From NCBI GenBank assembly GCA_036676295.1, contig JAKFDE010000035.1, positions 18,727-82,726 on the forward strand: 64,000 nt of DNA, in the 5' to 3' direction. This document shows positions 20,144-30,501 of the stretch, piece by piece (positions within the stretch are counted from its first letter, which is position 1; every line of letters starts with the position of its first letter). A program made the position numbers and the translations under genes. Under the pieces are notes generated by a model. The model was given only the letters and a program-made list of their open reading frames with translations, made no database searches and had not been told where the DNA came from. The stretch is from Bacteroidia bacterium. Lineage in GTDB: Bacteria > Bacteroidota > Bacteroidia > B-17B0 > Aurantibacillaceae.

Positions 20144-20935
20144 TTATGTAGTTAATGTGGTTTGTTTAATTGATGAAATAAACTCAGGGATATCTTTTTC
20201 TATATTGGATGATGCACTCAGCATTTGAATAAAGGAAGTTCCGATGATGGCGCCATTGGCTAATTTGCAGGCTTTTTCAAATTCAGATTTACCTTTTATA
20301 CCAAAACCAATTAGGATTGGATTTTTTAAATTCAATGATTTTAATTTGTCGCAAGTGGTTTTTAAAGTCTCTGACACGCCTTTATTTGCACCTGTTGTAG
20401 AGTTCGAGGATACTAAATAAATAAAACCTTTACTGGTAGCATCAATTAGTTTAATACGTGCATTAGACGTCTCCGGACTAATTAAAAATACTGTATGAAT
20501 ATTATACTTATCTGCAAATGGTTTGTGAACTTTATTAAATTCTTCAATTGGTAGGTCAGGTAAGATCAATCCATCGATTCCAACTTCGTGGCATTTTTCA
20601 TAAAAAGCCTCAATCCCAAATTGGATCACACAGTTTAAATAACCCATTAATAATATAGGTAGTTGTGTATGAGTTCTCACTGTTTTTAATTGTTCGAAAA
20701 TGTGCTTTAAAGTAATGCCATTGTCTAAAGCAATTTGACTGCTTTGTTGTATGACCGGACCATCGGCAATAGGATCGGAGTAAGGGATGCCAACTTCTAT
20801 CAAATCAATATCCGTTGAATTTAATTGCTTGATGATCTCTAACGTATCTAATGGTTTTGGATAACCGGCTGTTAAGAAAATGGATAAGATGTTTTCCTTT
20901 TTGCGTTGAAATAATTCATCAATTCTATTTTGCAT
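20144..20935 (-). CDS. trpA: Tryptophan synthase alpha chain
   Basis: 263 aa TIM-barrel TrpA-like sequence ([17 protein letters not shown]). Overlaps trpB. Confidence 0.92.
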   Translation of the reverse strand: MQNRIDELFQRKKENILSIFLTAGYPKPLDTLEIIKQLNSTDIDLIEVGIPYSDPIADGPVIQQSSQIALDNGITLKHIFEQLKTVRTHTQLPILLMGYLNCVIQFGIEAFYEKCHEVGIDGLILPDLPIEEFNKVHKPFADKYNIHTVFLISPETSNARIKLIDATSKGFIYLVSSNSTTGANKGVSETLKTTCDKLKSLNLKNPILIGFGIKGKSEFEKACKLANGAIIGTSFIQMLSASSNIEKDIPEFISSIKQTTLTT

Positions 20936-22136
20936 GATCTTGTTCGTTTATAAAGTTTATATAAGTGGTTAAGTCTTTGTCACCTCTTCCGGAAAGGTTT
21001 ATCACAACCGTATCATCTGGCTTAAAGTTTAATTTTGCTAATGCTGCTAAAGCGTGTGCACTTTCTAAAGCTGGAATAATTCCTTCTTTACGTGTTAAAT
21101 TTAATACGGCTTCCATCGCTTCATCGTCAGTTACACTGATGTATTGTGCACGTTTCACATCGTGTAAAAATGAGTGAATAGGACCAACACCAGGATAATC
21201 CAAGCCTGCAGAAATACTATACGGTTCTGTGATTTGTCCGTCTTCGGTTTGCATTAAATACGTTTTACTACCATGAATAATTCCCGGTGTACCAATGGTT
21301 AACGTAGCTGCGGTATGTCCGGAATGAATTCCTTTTCCGGAAGCTTCTACACCAATTAATTTTACTTCTTCATTTTCTAAGAAATGATAAAAGGCTCCTG
21401 CAGCGTTACTACCACCACCTATACAAGCAATGACATAATCAGGATTTTCTTTTCCTAAAGTAGATTGTAATTGTTGTTTGATTTCTTTGCTGATGATGGA
21501 TTGAAATCTGGCTACCATATCAGGGTAGGGATGTGGCCCAACCACAGAGCCGATAATGTAATGAGTATCTTCTGCATTATTGATCCAGTCTCTGATAGCT
21601 TCATTAGTAGCATCTTTTAAAGTTTTACTTCCTGAAGTAACAGAAACAACTTTAGCTCCTAACATATTCATGCGTGATACATTAGGTGCTTGTCTTTGAA
21701 TATCAGCTTCGCCCATATATACAATGCATTCTAAGCCCATCAAAGCACATGCGGTTGCAGTGGCTACGCCATGTTGCCCTGCACCTGTTTCGGCAATGAT
21801 CCGTTTTTTACCTAAACGTTTGGCTAATAAGATTTGCCCTAAAGCATTATTGATCTTATGTGCACCGGTGTGATTAAGATCTTCACGTTTTAAAAAGATG
21901 TTAGTTTTAAATTGCTGAGATAAATTTTTAGCATGATACAAAGGTGTTGGACGTCCAACATAATTTTGTAACAAGTCGTCAAATTCTTTTTTGAAAGATT
22001 CATCAGACATGATGGCTAAATAATTATTCTTTAATTCTTCTACATTATTAAAAAGAATTTCAGGAATGTAAGCGCCGCCATATTCGCCATAGTAGCCTTG
22101 TTCGTCAACAGAATAGTTTTGTTGTAAGGTTGTCAT
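20925..22136 (-). CDS. trpB: Tryptophan synthase beta chain
   Basis: 403 aa. [19 protein letters not shown]-lysine region and GGGSNA motif. Confidence 0.96.
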   Translation of the reverse strand: MTTLQQNYSVDEQGYYGEYGGAYIPEILFNNVEELKNNYLAIMSDESFKKEFDDLLQNYVGRPTPLYHAKNLSQQFKTNIFLKREDLNHTGAHKINNALGQILLAKRLGKKRIIAETGAGQHGVATATACALMGLECIVYMGEADIQRQAPNVSRMNMLGAKVVSVTSGSKTLKDATNEAIRDWINNAEDTHYIIGSVVGPHPYPDMVARFQSIISKEIKQQLQSTLGKENPDYVIACIGGGSNAAGAFYHFLENEEVKLIGVEASGKGIHSGHTAATLTIGTPGIIHGSKTYLMQTEDGQITEPYSISAGLDYPGVGPIHSFLHDVKRAQYISVTDDEAMEAVLNLTRKEGIIPALESAHALAALAKLNFKPDDTVVINLSGRGDKDLTTYINFINEQDHAK

Positions 22137-22137
22137 A

Positions 22138-22755
22138 TTAGTTTAATTTTTGAATGAATGATTGGATTTTTTCTACGTCTTTTAAGCCTGGGTTTATTTC
22201 AAACTTTGAATTAATATCAATGGCATGTAACTGTTTATAGTTTAAGTTTTTAATTACTTCTGCTGACGTTTCATCAATGCCTCCGCTTAAAAAGAAAGGG
22301 ACATCGTAGTTGTAATTTTTTAAAATTTCCCAGTTAAATTTTTTTCCGCTGCCTCCGTATGATTCTGTTAAAGTGTCAAACAAAAAGAAGTTAACATGAG
22401 GGATGAATTTTTCTAGTTTACTGAAATCAAAATTGTCAACTAATTGAAAAGCTTTAATCACTTTTACATGACCCTTCAATTCTTTGCACACCTCTCTGGA
22501 TTCATCGCCGTGTAATTGAACCACATCCAAATTATAATGTGCTATTGCATTGAAAATAGAATACACCTCTTCATTGACAAACACACCGGTTTTTTTGATG
22601 TGTGATGGAATTTCTCTAACGAGATCAAAATCGATCTTGTCTTCAATGTACCTTGCCGATTTTTTATAGAAGATGAAACCCATATAATCAATTGGCAAAG
22701 TGCTTAGTTCTTTTATGTTTTTGTGGTGTTTCATGCCACATACTTTTATTTTCAT
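22138..22755 (-). CDS. trpF: Phosphoribosylanthranilate isomerase
   Basis: 205 aa. MKIKVCGM start and VQLHG motif. Confidence 0.9.
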   Translation of the reverse strand: MKIKVCGMKHHKNIKELSTLPIDYMGFIFYKKSARYIEDKIDFDLVREIPSHIKKTGVFVNEEVYSIFNAIAHYNLDVVQLHGDESREVCKELKGHVKVIKAFQLVDNFDFSKLEKFIPHVNFFLFDTLTESYGGSGKKFNWEILKNYNYDVPFFLSGGIDETSAEVIKNLNYKQLHAIDINSKFEINPGLKDVEKIQSFIQKLN

Positions 22756-22757
22756 GA

Positions 22758-23600
22758 CTATATATTTTTACCTAATTCGAGCATCGTTAACCGTTTATTA
22801 GAATCGTTTTCAATACGAATATTTAATTGTCTAATAAATTCTTTGCAGGCTAAATGAGGTTGTGGTTGTTTCATAAAATTGCTTCCAATTAAAAAGCCTT
22901 GATAACCGTATGACTTTAATTCTATGATCGTTTCAATATTTTCAATACCACTTTCTGAGATTTTTACCATTTCTTTTGGTAACAAGTCACTCATAATAAT
23001 GGATTGGTTCACATCAATTTTCATGGTAGTAAGATCGCGGTTATTGATACCTACTACATCTACTTTGTGATATACTTTTTCTAATTCTTCGGGGCCATGC
23101 AATTCCAATAATACTTCCATTCCTAAGGAGTGCGTAAGGTCTGTCAAGTCAATGATCTCCTGTTTGGTTAAAACTGCCGCGATTAATAAAATCGCATCTG
23201 CTCCAATTGATTTTGCTTCAATGATCTGATAGCCATTAACGGTGAAATCTTTTCTTAAAATAGGGCAGAAATTAAATTTACGGGCAGTGATCAGATCTTC
23301 GGAGGAACCATCAAAAAAAGTTTTGTCAGTTAATACAGAGATGGCACTGGCACCGGCTTGCATATAGCCAATGGATGTTTTTTCTATATCCACATATTTA
23401 TTAATAACGCCTAAGGATGGAGATTGTTTTTTGATCTCAGCAATGATGCCACTTTTATCGTCGCGTAATAAATATTTTTTTAGAGAGACGGGGACTGAGT
23501 TAAAATAATTAGAACGCTCTAACAGTTTAGTTGGATAAAGAGATTCACGTTCTTTAACTTCAACTCTTTTGTGTTCGATGATCTTGTGTAAAGTGTTCAT
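22758..23600 (-). CDS. trpC: Indole-3-glycerol-phosphate synthase
   Basis: 280 aa. IAEIKKQSPS, LRKDF and GINNRDL motifs. Confidence 0.92.
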   Translation of the reverse strand: MNTLHKIIEHKRVEVKERESLYPTKLLERSNYFNSVPVSLKKYLLRDDKSGIIAEIKKQSPSLGVINKYVDIEKTSIGYMQAGASAISVLTDKTFFDGSSEDLITARKFNFCPILRKDFTVNGYQIIEAKSIGADAILLIAAVLTKQEIIDLTDLTHSLGMEVLLELHGPEELEKVYHKVDVVGINNRDLTTMKIDVNQSIIMSDLLPKEMVKISESGIENIETIIELKSYGYQGFLIGSNFMKQPQPHLACKEFIRQLNIRIENDSNKRLTMLELGKNI

Positions 23601-23601
23601 G

Positions 23602-24588
23602 TTAGTTAGTGATTAATTGTTTAAATAATTGAAAAGTTTTTTTGGATTCAATAGTTTCTCTGCAAATTGCCAAGCAATCATTAACGCTAGTATTTGCGTT
23701 ATAGCAGTGCATAGCTAAAGCACTGTTAGCGATCACTACATTTTTTTGTTCGTTGGTGCATTCATTATTCAATACATTCACAAAAATTTCGGCAGCATCT
23801 TTGATGGTTTCGCCGCCAAAAATTGTTTCTTGTTTTAGATTTGAAAAACCAAGATCTGTTGGTTCAATAGTTTTTTCTGTTGAACGTGAAATATATCTGA
23901 AAGGGGATGTTAAGCTCACTTCATCATATCCATCTAAAGAATGCACAATGGTATACGTAGAAGTGCTTTGTTGTAAGATGTAATTGTATAATCTCGCAAT
24001 TTCCAGGTCATATACGCCAATGTAACGATACTTTACATTAGCGGGATTTACCAATGGCCCCAGCATATTAAAGAAAGTTCGGATCCCTAATTCTTTTCGC
24101 TGAGCTGCAACAGCTTTCAAAGCCGGATGAAATAAAGGAGCATGCATAAAGCAAATGTTGTGCTTATTCAAATCCAGGTTTAATTCATCCGAGTTGGATT
24201 TGAATTTGTAGCCCAGGTAATTCAGAATATCAGAAGAACCTGATACAGATGATGAGCCGTAATTGCCATGTTTTGCCACCGGGATCCCTGATGCAGCTAA
24301 TACCAATGCAGATAGAGTTGAGATGTTGAATGTGTTTTTTTGATCGCCACCTGTGCCGCAAACATCAATGGCATCTTTTTCGATAGTAACAGGAAGGCAA
24401 ACATCTAACAAGGCTTTTCTAAAACCGGTTAATTCATTTACAGTAATTGGTTTGGCAATGTAAAATGCTATGATAGCCGTTATTTGAGAAGAATTTAATT
24501 CTCCTTTGTAAATTGCCTGTAGCAATTGGTAAGCTTCGTTTTCGGATAGGTTATGTCCCTGACATAACATTTCAAATGTTGTTTTCAT
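23602..24588 (-). CDS. trpD: Anthranilate phosphoribosyltransferase
   Basis: 328 aa. DVCGTGGD and KHGN motifs. Confidence 0.92.
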   Translation of the reverse strand: MKTTFEMLCQGHNLSENEAYQLLQAIYKGELNSSQITAIIAFYIAKPITVNELTGFRKALLDVCLPVTIEKDAIDVCGTGGDQKNTFNISTLSALVLAASGIPVAKHGNYGSSSVSGSSDILNYLGYKFKSNSDELNLDLNKHNICFMHAPLFHPALKAVAAQRKELGIRTFFNMLGPLVNPANVKYRYIGVYDLEIARLYNYILQQSTSTYTIVHSLDGYDEVSLTSPFRYISRSTEKTIEPTDLGFSNLKQETIFGGETIKDAAEIFVNVLNNECTNEQKNVVIANSALAMHCYNANTSVNDCLAICRETIESKKTFQLFKQLITN

Positions 24589-24618
24589 TGTGATTTATTT
24601 TAAAATATTGTGAGAACT

Positions 24619-24673
24619 GTCACATCGAGCTCGTCGAGAACGATTGCATACATCTCGACGAGCTCGATGTGAC
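24619..24673. repeat. REP-like perfect palindrome (GTCAC..GAGC..TCGAGA family) between trpG and trpD
   Basis: gtcacatcgagctcgtcgaga-N13-tctcgacgagctcgatgtgac, with perfect 21 nt arms. Related copies at 44462, 48745, 50436 and 51249. Confidence 0.85.
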
Positions 24674-24697
24674 GAAAGATTATGGAAGAATAATTAA

Positions 24698-25264
24698 CTA
24701 GGCTTTAAGCCAATTGTGGATCATGGTTTCACCATGTTCAGACAAAATAGATTCAGGATGAAATTGTACACCGCGCACATCATACTTGGTATGTTTGAGT
24801 GCCATGATATTTCCATCTGCGTCTGTTGCCGTAACTTTTAAATCAGTTGGCAATTGATGGGTATTAATTACCCACGAGTGGTAACGCCCAACTGTAAAGC
24901 TTGCCGGGCAGTTTTTAAAGATGTTATCTTCGGAAACAATACTAATAGGAGTTGCTAAACCATGAAATACCGTATCTAAGTTTTTAAGTGAGGCGCCATA
25001 AGCTTCGCCAATGGCTTGCAAACCTAAACACACACCTAAAATACTTTTTGATGAACCGTAGTGTTTGATGAGTTCCGGCATAATGCCTGCGTCCTTTGGT
25101 AAACCCGGGCCAGGAGATAACAAGATCTTATCGTAAGATTTTACTTCTTCGATAGAAATTTTATTATTTCTGATTACATCAAAGGGAATGTCACTCACTT
25201 TTTCAATTAAGTGAACCAGGTTGTACGTAAAACTGTCGTAATTATCGAGTACTAATAATTTCAT
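24698..25264 (-). CDS. trpG: Anthranilate synthase component II (glutamine amidotransferase)
   Basis: 188 aa. GVCLG nucleophile and FHPES motifs of class-I GATase. Confidence 0.92.
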   Translation of the reverse strand: MKLLVLDNYDSFTYNLVHLIEKVSDIPFDVIRNNKISIEEVKSYDKILLSPGPGLPKDAGIMPELIKHYGSSKSILGVCLGLQAIGEAYGASLKNLDTVFHGLATPISIVSEDNIFKNCPASFTVGRYHSWVINTHQLPTDLKVTATDADGNIMALKHTKYDVRGVQFHPESILSEHGETMIHNWLKA

Positions 25265-26685
25265 TTGTTTGAGATTGTAATGTTATTAAATTTTTCGGCT
25301 TGTTGGATAGCTTTTTTTAAAGCAGATACTTTATTGTTGATCTCGTTTAATTCACTTTCTTCATTGGATGTTACCACAATTCCAGCTCCGGCCTGATAAT
25401 GAAGCGTATTATCTTTACTTAAAAAGGTACGGATCATAATGGCGTGATTCAATTGATTATCGTGGCTTATAAAGCCAATACAGCCTCCATAAAACTCACG
25501 AGCTTCGACTTCGTATAGATCAATTAATTCTAAGGCTTTGTATTTAGGCGCTCCTGATAAAGTTCCTGCAGGAAATGTTCCTAATAAAACTTCAAACGGG
25601 TGAAATTGAGTTTTCTTTTTACCGATCACTTTGCTTACCAAATGGATCACGTGTGAGTAAAATTGTGTTTGTTTAGAAAATTTTACTTCAACTTCAGAGC
25701 AGTATTTGCTTAGGTCGTTTCTTGCCAAGTCAACCAACATGTTATGTTCTGCATTTTCTTTTGGATCGTTCAGTAATTCTTTTGCTTTTTCCAGATCATG
25801 TTCATCATTACCGGTTCTTTTGTAAGTGCCTGCAATTGGATGAATCTCAGCAGTTGATTTGTTGACGATCAATTGAGCTTCGGGCGAAGAACCAAATAAT
25901 TTGAAATTACCTAAGTCAAAATAAAATAAATAAGGAGAAGGGTTAATGTTTTTTAAAGCTCTGTAAACATAAAAATCATCACCTACGTATTTCTGTGAGA
26001 ATCTTCTGGATAATACTAATTGAAACACATCACCTTGCTGGCAGTGTTCTTTGGCTTTAGTCACCAGATTTTTGTAGTCTTCATCGGTAATAGAAGATTG
26101 CGTTTCGTTGATGGTAGAGAAACTATACTCGCTAAAAGCAGCGAATTGTATTTTCTCTGAAACCCTTTCCAGTTGCTGTTTTGCAGCTTCATCCGTAAAA
26201 TGGTGACTGATGATGTGTAGATTATTGGTGTTGTGATTGAACACTAAAATGATGCCGTACACATGGTATAATAACTCAGGTATATCCAAATTTTTATTGT
26301 TTGAGTTTAGCTCAATGTCTTCGGCATAGCTAATGATATCATAAGCGGTGTAACCAAATAAACCGGCATAAGAAAACGGTAAGGCTTGTGTTTCAAATTG
26401 AAATTGATCTTTAAAAGCAATTAATTTGCTTAATAAAGATTGTCCATCATAACTGATCTCAGTACTTGTGGTTGCACCATCAATATTTGTTTTCAGTTGT
26501 TTGTTCTTTAACGAGATGGATGCTAAAGGGTTTAAACAGATATAAGAGTAGTGTCCATCTTTACTGTTATAATCCGAGCTTTCCAGTAATAAAGGATTTT
26601 GAAAATGATCCCTTAATGCCAGATATAACGCTACCGGTGTTTTGGTATCGGCTAAGAAGTGGTTGATGTGTGTGTGTATTTTCAT
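25261..26685 (-). CDS. trpE: Anthranilate synthase component I
   Basis: 474 aa chorismate-binding enzyme (GAPK, YGG.IG motifs). 4-nt overlap with trpG. Confidence 0.93.
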   Translation of the reverse strand: MKIHTHINHFLADTKTPVALYLALRDHFQNPLLLESSDYNSKDGHYSYICLNPLASISLKNKQLKTNIDGATTSTEISYDGQSLLSKLIAFKDQFQFETQALPFSYAGLFGYTAYDIISYAEDIELNSNNKNLDIPELLYHVYGIILVFNHNTNNLHIISHHFTDEAAKQQLERVSEKIQFAAFSEYSFSTINETQSSITDEDYKNLVTKAKEHCQQGDVFQLVLSRRFSQKYVGDDFYVYRALKNINPSPYLFYFDLGNFKLFGSSPEAQLIVNKSTAEIHPIAGTYKRTGNDEHDLEKAKELLNDPKENAEHNMLVDLARNDLSKYCSEVEVKFSKQTQFYSHVIHLVSKVIGKKKTQFHPFEVLLGTFPAGTLSGAPKYKALELIDLYEVEAREFYGGCIGFISHDNQLNHAIMIRTFLSKDNTLHYQAGAGIVVTSNEESELNEINNKVSALKKAIQQAEKFNNITISNK

Positions 26686-26711
26686 TTTGATAATTTTTTT
26701 GTGAATTGGTT

Positions 26712-26753
26712 GAAAAACAAAAAGCCCGCTGTTGTATGAACAGCGGGCTTGGG
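26712..26753 (-). terminator. trp attenuator: intrinsic terminator 26 nt upstream of the trpE start
   Basis: On the minus strand, AAGCCCGCUGUU-CAUAC-AACAGCGGGCUU is followed by UUUGUUUUU. It lies between the leader ORF and trpE. Confidence 0.8.
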
Positions 26754-26779
26754 ATATGCCTTATAAGTATATAATAAAC

Positions 26780-26839
26780 TTAGCTATTCATGTGTATACA
26801 TGAAGGCCACCAAAATTTATTTACTAAAATATTTCTCAT
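26780..26839 (-). CDS. trpL: trp operon leader peptide (19 aa, tandem Trp codons)
   Basis: atg aga aat att tta gta aat aaa ttt TGG TGG cct tca tgt ata cac atg aat agc taa = MRNILVNKFWWPSCIHMNS. The Trp codons are at 26807-26812. A UUCAUG/CAUGAA hairpin (26787-26804) sits inside its 3' end. Confidence 0.75.
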   Translation of the reverse strand: MRNILVNKFWWPSCIHMNS

Positions 26840-26848
26840 TATGTGTTG

Positions 26849-26881
26849 CAAATGTACGTTAACTTTTTTTTAATCTCCAAA
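26849..26881 (-). promoter_or_regulatory. Putative Bacteroidetes-type promoter of the trp leader/operon
   Basis: Minus strand: TTTG (26878-26881), N21, TACATTTG (26849-26856), 9 nt before the leader ATG. Matches the TTTG(-33)/TAnnTTTG(-7) consensus. Confidence 0.5.
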
Positions 26882-27013
26882 TTAATTTTATGATTTAACA
26901 AAAGCGAGCATGAACTTTATCTGATTTATGATGGTGTTATGAGGTATAAAACTAATGTTGTTATTCAATCAACATTACGTCTAATAGCCCATCTCTCAAA
27001 ACTTATAACTCGT

Positions 27014-27955
27014 TTAGTTTCCTTCCATTAAACCTCGTCCGGTTTTTTGGATCTTGTTATCACGTTTTAGATCGGCAATAATTTTATCCAGTACACCATT
27101 GATAAAGGTTTTACTGTTTGGGGTGCTATATTCTTTAGAAATATCAATATACTCGTTCAAGGATACTTTTACAGGAACATTGCTGATGTGCATGAACTCG
27201 GCAATGGCCATTTTCATTAATAACACATCCATTGCTGCAATACGGTCCAATTCCCAGTTCTTTGTTTTTTCGTCAATTAATTTTTCGTAGTCCTTATCAC
27301 CCGAAATGGTTTTGCGGAAAAGAGTAGAGATAAAAGACTTATCATCTTCTGCATCTTTATATAAAGGCAATAAGGTTAAGTAACCGGTAAAGTTTTCAAA
27401 GGTTTTAGATACCATGGAGAAAGCTCCGTATGTATCATCTGCCCAGTGAATATTTTTTTCTTCAAAGTAGTGATTCAACAGATCGTGATTGTATAAGAAA
27501 TCTGTCGCTACCGAAATTAAGAATTGTTTGTCTTCTTTTGCTGATTGTGTTGGCGAAGCCATGTATTCTTTGTAAAGGTCAGTAGCTCTTAATTCTGAAT
27601 ATAATTTACGAACTAAGTCAAAATCACTTTGCCATGAAATTTTACGGTTGATCACTTCTTTTTTTAAATCGGAGCTATGAGCAATGGCTTCTAATACAGA
27701 GTTCTGAATAAACTTTAAGTTTGGTTCCAGATCTTCTTTAGAGGGTAAACGTTTGTTTTTGTTTTCTTCGAGAACTAAATGTGCCGTGTGGTGCATATCT
27801 CCAATTAACACTAACACATAAATATAGAGGTCGTAAATTTTATCTAAACTTTTAAATAATTCTTTTTCATAAAAGGCAATCTCCGGTTTATCTTGCTGGA
27901 AGTAAGAATACAAAGTTTGCATTGTTTTGATTCGTAGGTAACGTCTGTTTAGCAT
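27014..27955 (-). CDS. nusB: Transcription antitermination factor NusB (long Bacteroidetes form)
   Basis: 313 aa. MLNRRYLRIKTMQTLY N-terminus and C-terminal NusB fold (WELDRIA..D..LLKMAIAE). Confidence 0.8.
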   Translation of the reverse strand: MLNRRYLRIKTMQTLYSYFQQDKPEIAFYEKELFKSLDKIYDLYIYVLVLIGDMHHTAHLVLEENKNKRLPSKEDLEPNLKFIQNSVLEAIAHSSDLKKEVINRKISWQSDFDLVRKLYSELRATDLYKEYMASPTQSAKEDKQFLISVATDFLYNHDLLNHYFEEKNIHWADDTYGAFSMVSKTFENFTGYLTLLPLYKDAEDDKSFISTLFRKTISGDKDYEKLIDEKTKNWELDRIAAMDVLLMKMAIAEFMHISNVPVKVSLNEYIDISKEYSTPNSKTFINGVLDKIIADLKRDNKIQKTGRGLMEGN

Positions 27956-28072
27956 AAAGAACGATGTTTAATTAGTCAATTTGATAATTAGATAATGGGA
28001 CAATTGAAGTGCAAAAGTATGGAAAGTTTATGAGAATCCTTTCTAAACTTTCCAAACCTTTTAACTTTAAAC

Positions 28073-29176
28073 TTATAGTACGGCATTTATTCTTGCAATA
28101 CTTTCAATACGTTGTTCTGCAATTTTATTTGCCGCAATGTATGTAGGTATGTTTTGTGTTTTCGCAGTTTGGATAATATTCCAGGTAGTGTCGTATATTT
28201 TTTCGGCATGAGCCATAGCTCGCTCTCTGTTATAACCTTCTAATTCATAAAACACGTTAATGATACCACCGGCATTTACAACAAAGTCCGGGGCATATAA
28301 AATGCCTTTAGATGTTACTGCTTCACCATGTTTTTTCTCATCAGCTAATTGGTTATTGGCAGCGCCGCAAATTACTTTACATTTTAATTTTGATAATGTA
28401 TTGTCGTTTACTGTTGCTCCTAAGGCACATGGCGCGTAAATGTCAATATCCAGATCAAACATTTTATCAGCGGCTACAAATTCGGCCTTATAAGTATCTA
28501 CCGCGTGTTTCACACGCTCTTCCGTAATATCGTACACATATACTTTAGCGCCTTCTTTGGTTAAGTGTTCTACTAAATGCATCCCTACATTACCAATTCC
28601 TTGCACCAATACTTTTTTGCCGCTTAAGTTATCGCTTCCAAAAGCTTCTTTAGCAGATGCTTTCATACTCACATAAACGCCATAAGCTGTTACCGGAGAA
28701 GGATCGCCGCTACCACCCATATTTACAGGCAAACCACTTACATAGTCGGTTTCCATTTTAATGATCTCCATATCGCGGCTGCTCATGGCAACATCTTCCG
28801 CAGTAATGTATTTACCACCAAGGCTGTTTACAAATTTTCCGAAACGACGCAATAAAGCTTCTGTTTTAATTTTTTTAGGGTCACCAATAATTACTGCTTT
28901 TCCACCACCAAGGTTTAAGCCGGCAACAGATGATTTATAGGTCATACCACGAGATAAACGCAATACATCCGTTAAGGCTTCCATTTCGTTATTGTAATTC
29001 CACATACGGGTACCACCTAAAGATGGACCTAAAACGGTATTGTGAATGGCAATAATAGCTTTTAAGCCGGTTGCATTATCGTTACAAAATAGGATCTGTT
29101 CGTGGTTATTAATTAACATTTGTCCAATAACCGGATTTTGAGCTAAGCTCGAGTCTTTAATATCTTTTACCTCCAT
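28073..29176 (-). CDS. Leucine (Glu/Leu/Phe/Val family) dehydrogenase
   Basis: 367 aa. GPSLGGTRMW, GLNLGGGKAVIIGDP and GIGNVG Rossmann motifs. Confidence 0.85.
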   Translation of the reverse strand: MEVKDIKDSSLAQNPVIGQMLINNHEQILFCNDNATGLKAIIAIHNTVLGPSLGGTRMWNYNNEMEALTDVLRLSRGMTYKSSVAGLNLGGGKAVIIGDPKKIKTEALLRRFGKFVNSLGGKYITAEDVAMSSRDMEIIKMETDYVSGLPVNMGGSGDPSPVTAYGVYVSMKASAKEAFGSDNLSGKKVLVQGIGNVGMHLVEHLTKEGAKVYVYDITEERVKHAVDTYKAEFVAADKMFDLDIDIYAPCALGATVNDNTLSKLKCKVICGAANNQLADEKKHGEAVTSKGILYAPDFVVNAGGIINVFYELEGYNRERAMAHAEKIYDTTWNIIQTAKTQNIPTYIAANKIAEQRIESIARINAVL

Positions 29177-29373
29177 GGTATGTTTAATTTTTCGCCGCTA
29201 ATTTAGGGTTTATTTGTATAGAAAAAACAAAGATTTGACTGGCATTGGTTCCTGAATAAAAAAATGGAATAAAACGACTAAAATTTGTGATATAAATTAG
29301 CATTATTAATGCTCCTTTTTAGACGGATTTTGTCAGTTCTATCGTTATATGTCTTATTTTTGTTCTGCAAATT

Positions 29374-30501
29374 TTGAAACTGATTTTAAAATATTTTTTT
29401 ACGGTATTTCCCTTGCTTGCGTTTTCGCAAAAGCAAATGACCGGCTCCAAGGATTTCTATATTAAAGTAGCGCCTACTTATGGCTATATTATGGAACACC
29501 GAAGTACCATTGGTAATTTAGTGAAAGGCTACATACCGGGTGTGGAAGTGGATTTTGTGAAACCAACCCGTGGTAGTAAACTGTGGCATCACGAAAATAA
29601 TTTTCCGGATATAGGATTGTCCTTTAACTTTATTGATTTTGGAAATCCCAAGCAATTGGGTCAGTGCTATGGTTTATCGCCTTTTATAGAAATTCCACTG
29701 AATAAAAAAGTAAGAGCCACGCGAGTGATCATGCGAGTGTGTTGGGGAGTCTCTTATTTAACCAAGCGTTTTGATATTGGCGAAAATCATAAAAACATTG
29801 CCATAGGAAGTAATTGGAACACCTTTGTGCAATGGAAATGGTTTTGGCATTTAAACTTAAGCGAAAAATGGAGACTCGAACCAGGCTTTTCATTTGCCCA
29901 TGCATCTAACGGAAGATCGCAAGTACCTAATTTAGGATTGAATGTAGTTTCCTTGAATTTAGGCTTGACGTATAAGATCAGAAATAATGACAAGTCCGTG
30001 CCTTTACAAGATTCAACTTCTATTTGGCCTAGTAAACATGAAATTATTGCCTGGGATGCAGTAGGCTTTAATGAACATGAACCACCAACCGGACCAAAAT
30101 ATTTTGCCAATACCTTTGGATTGAACTATTACTATAATTTACGTAATACTCACAAATGGGGCGGCGGAGTGGAAGTAAGTTATGATACTCAAAACGCCTA
30201 TCATTTAGAACAATCTGGAGTTACAGTAAATGGTTGGACGGATCTGGTACAAATAGGTGTGAAAGGTTGTTATGCCTACAATGTAGGTAGAATTAGCTTT
30301 CCTATTGAAATGGGTTATTATGCAGTTTCAAAACCTAAAGAAGATGGCCCTATTTTTCACCGTATTGGTATCCGACATTATTGTAAAAATGGTTTAATTA
30401 TTAACTTCACCATGAAATCACATTGGGCTGTTGCCAGTCATTTTGATTATGGTTTAGGTTATCGATTTAGCATTAAAAAGAAAAAAGTAAATGAACTATA
30501 A
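29374..30501 (+). CDS. Acyloxyacyl hydrolase / PagL-like lipid A deacylase family outer-membrane protein
   Basis: 375 aa. A TTG start is needed to keep the signal peptide MKLILKYFFTVFPLLAFSQ. FAHASNG...NLGLNVVSLNLGLTY resembles the PagL H.SNG catalytic region. Confidence 0.55.
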   Translation: MKLILKYFFTVFPLLAFSQKQMTGSKDFYIKVAPTYGYIMEHRSTIGNLVKGYIPGVEVDFVKPTRGSKLWHHENNFPDIGLSFNFIDFGNPKQLGQCYGLSPFIEIPLNKKVRATRVIMRVCWGVSYLTKRFDIGENHKNIAIGSNWNTFVQWKWFWHLNLSEKWRLEPGFSFAHASNGRSQVPNLGLNVVSLNLGLTYKIRNNDKSVPLQDSTSIWPSKHEIIAWDAVGFNEHEPPTGPKYFANTFGLNYYYNLRNTHKWGGGVEVSYDTQNAYHLEQSGVTVNGWTDLVQIGVKGCYAYNVGRISFPIEMGYYAVSKPKEDGPIFHRIGIRHYCKNGLIINFTMKSHWAVASHFDYGLGYRFSIKKKKVNEL

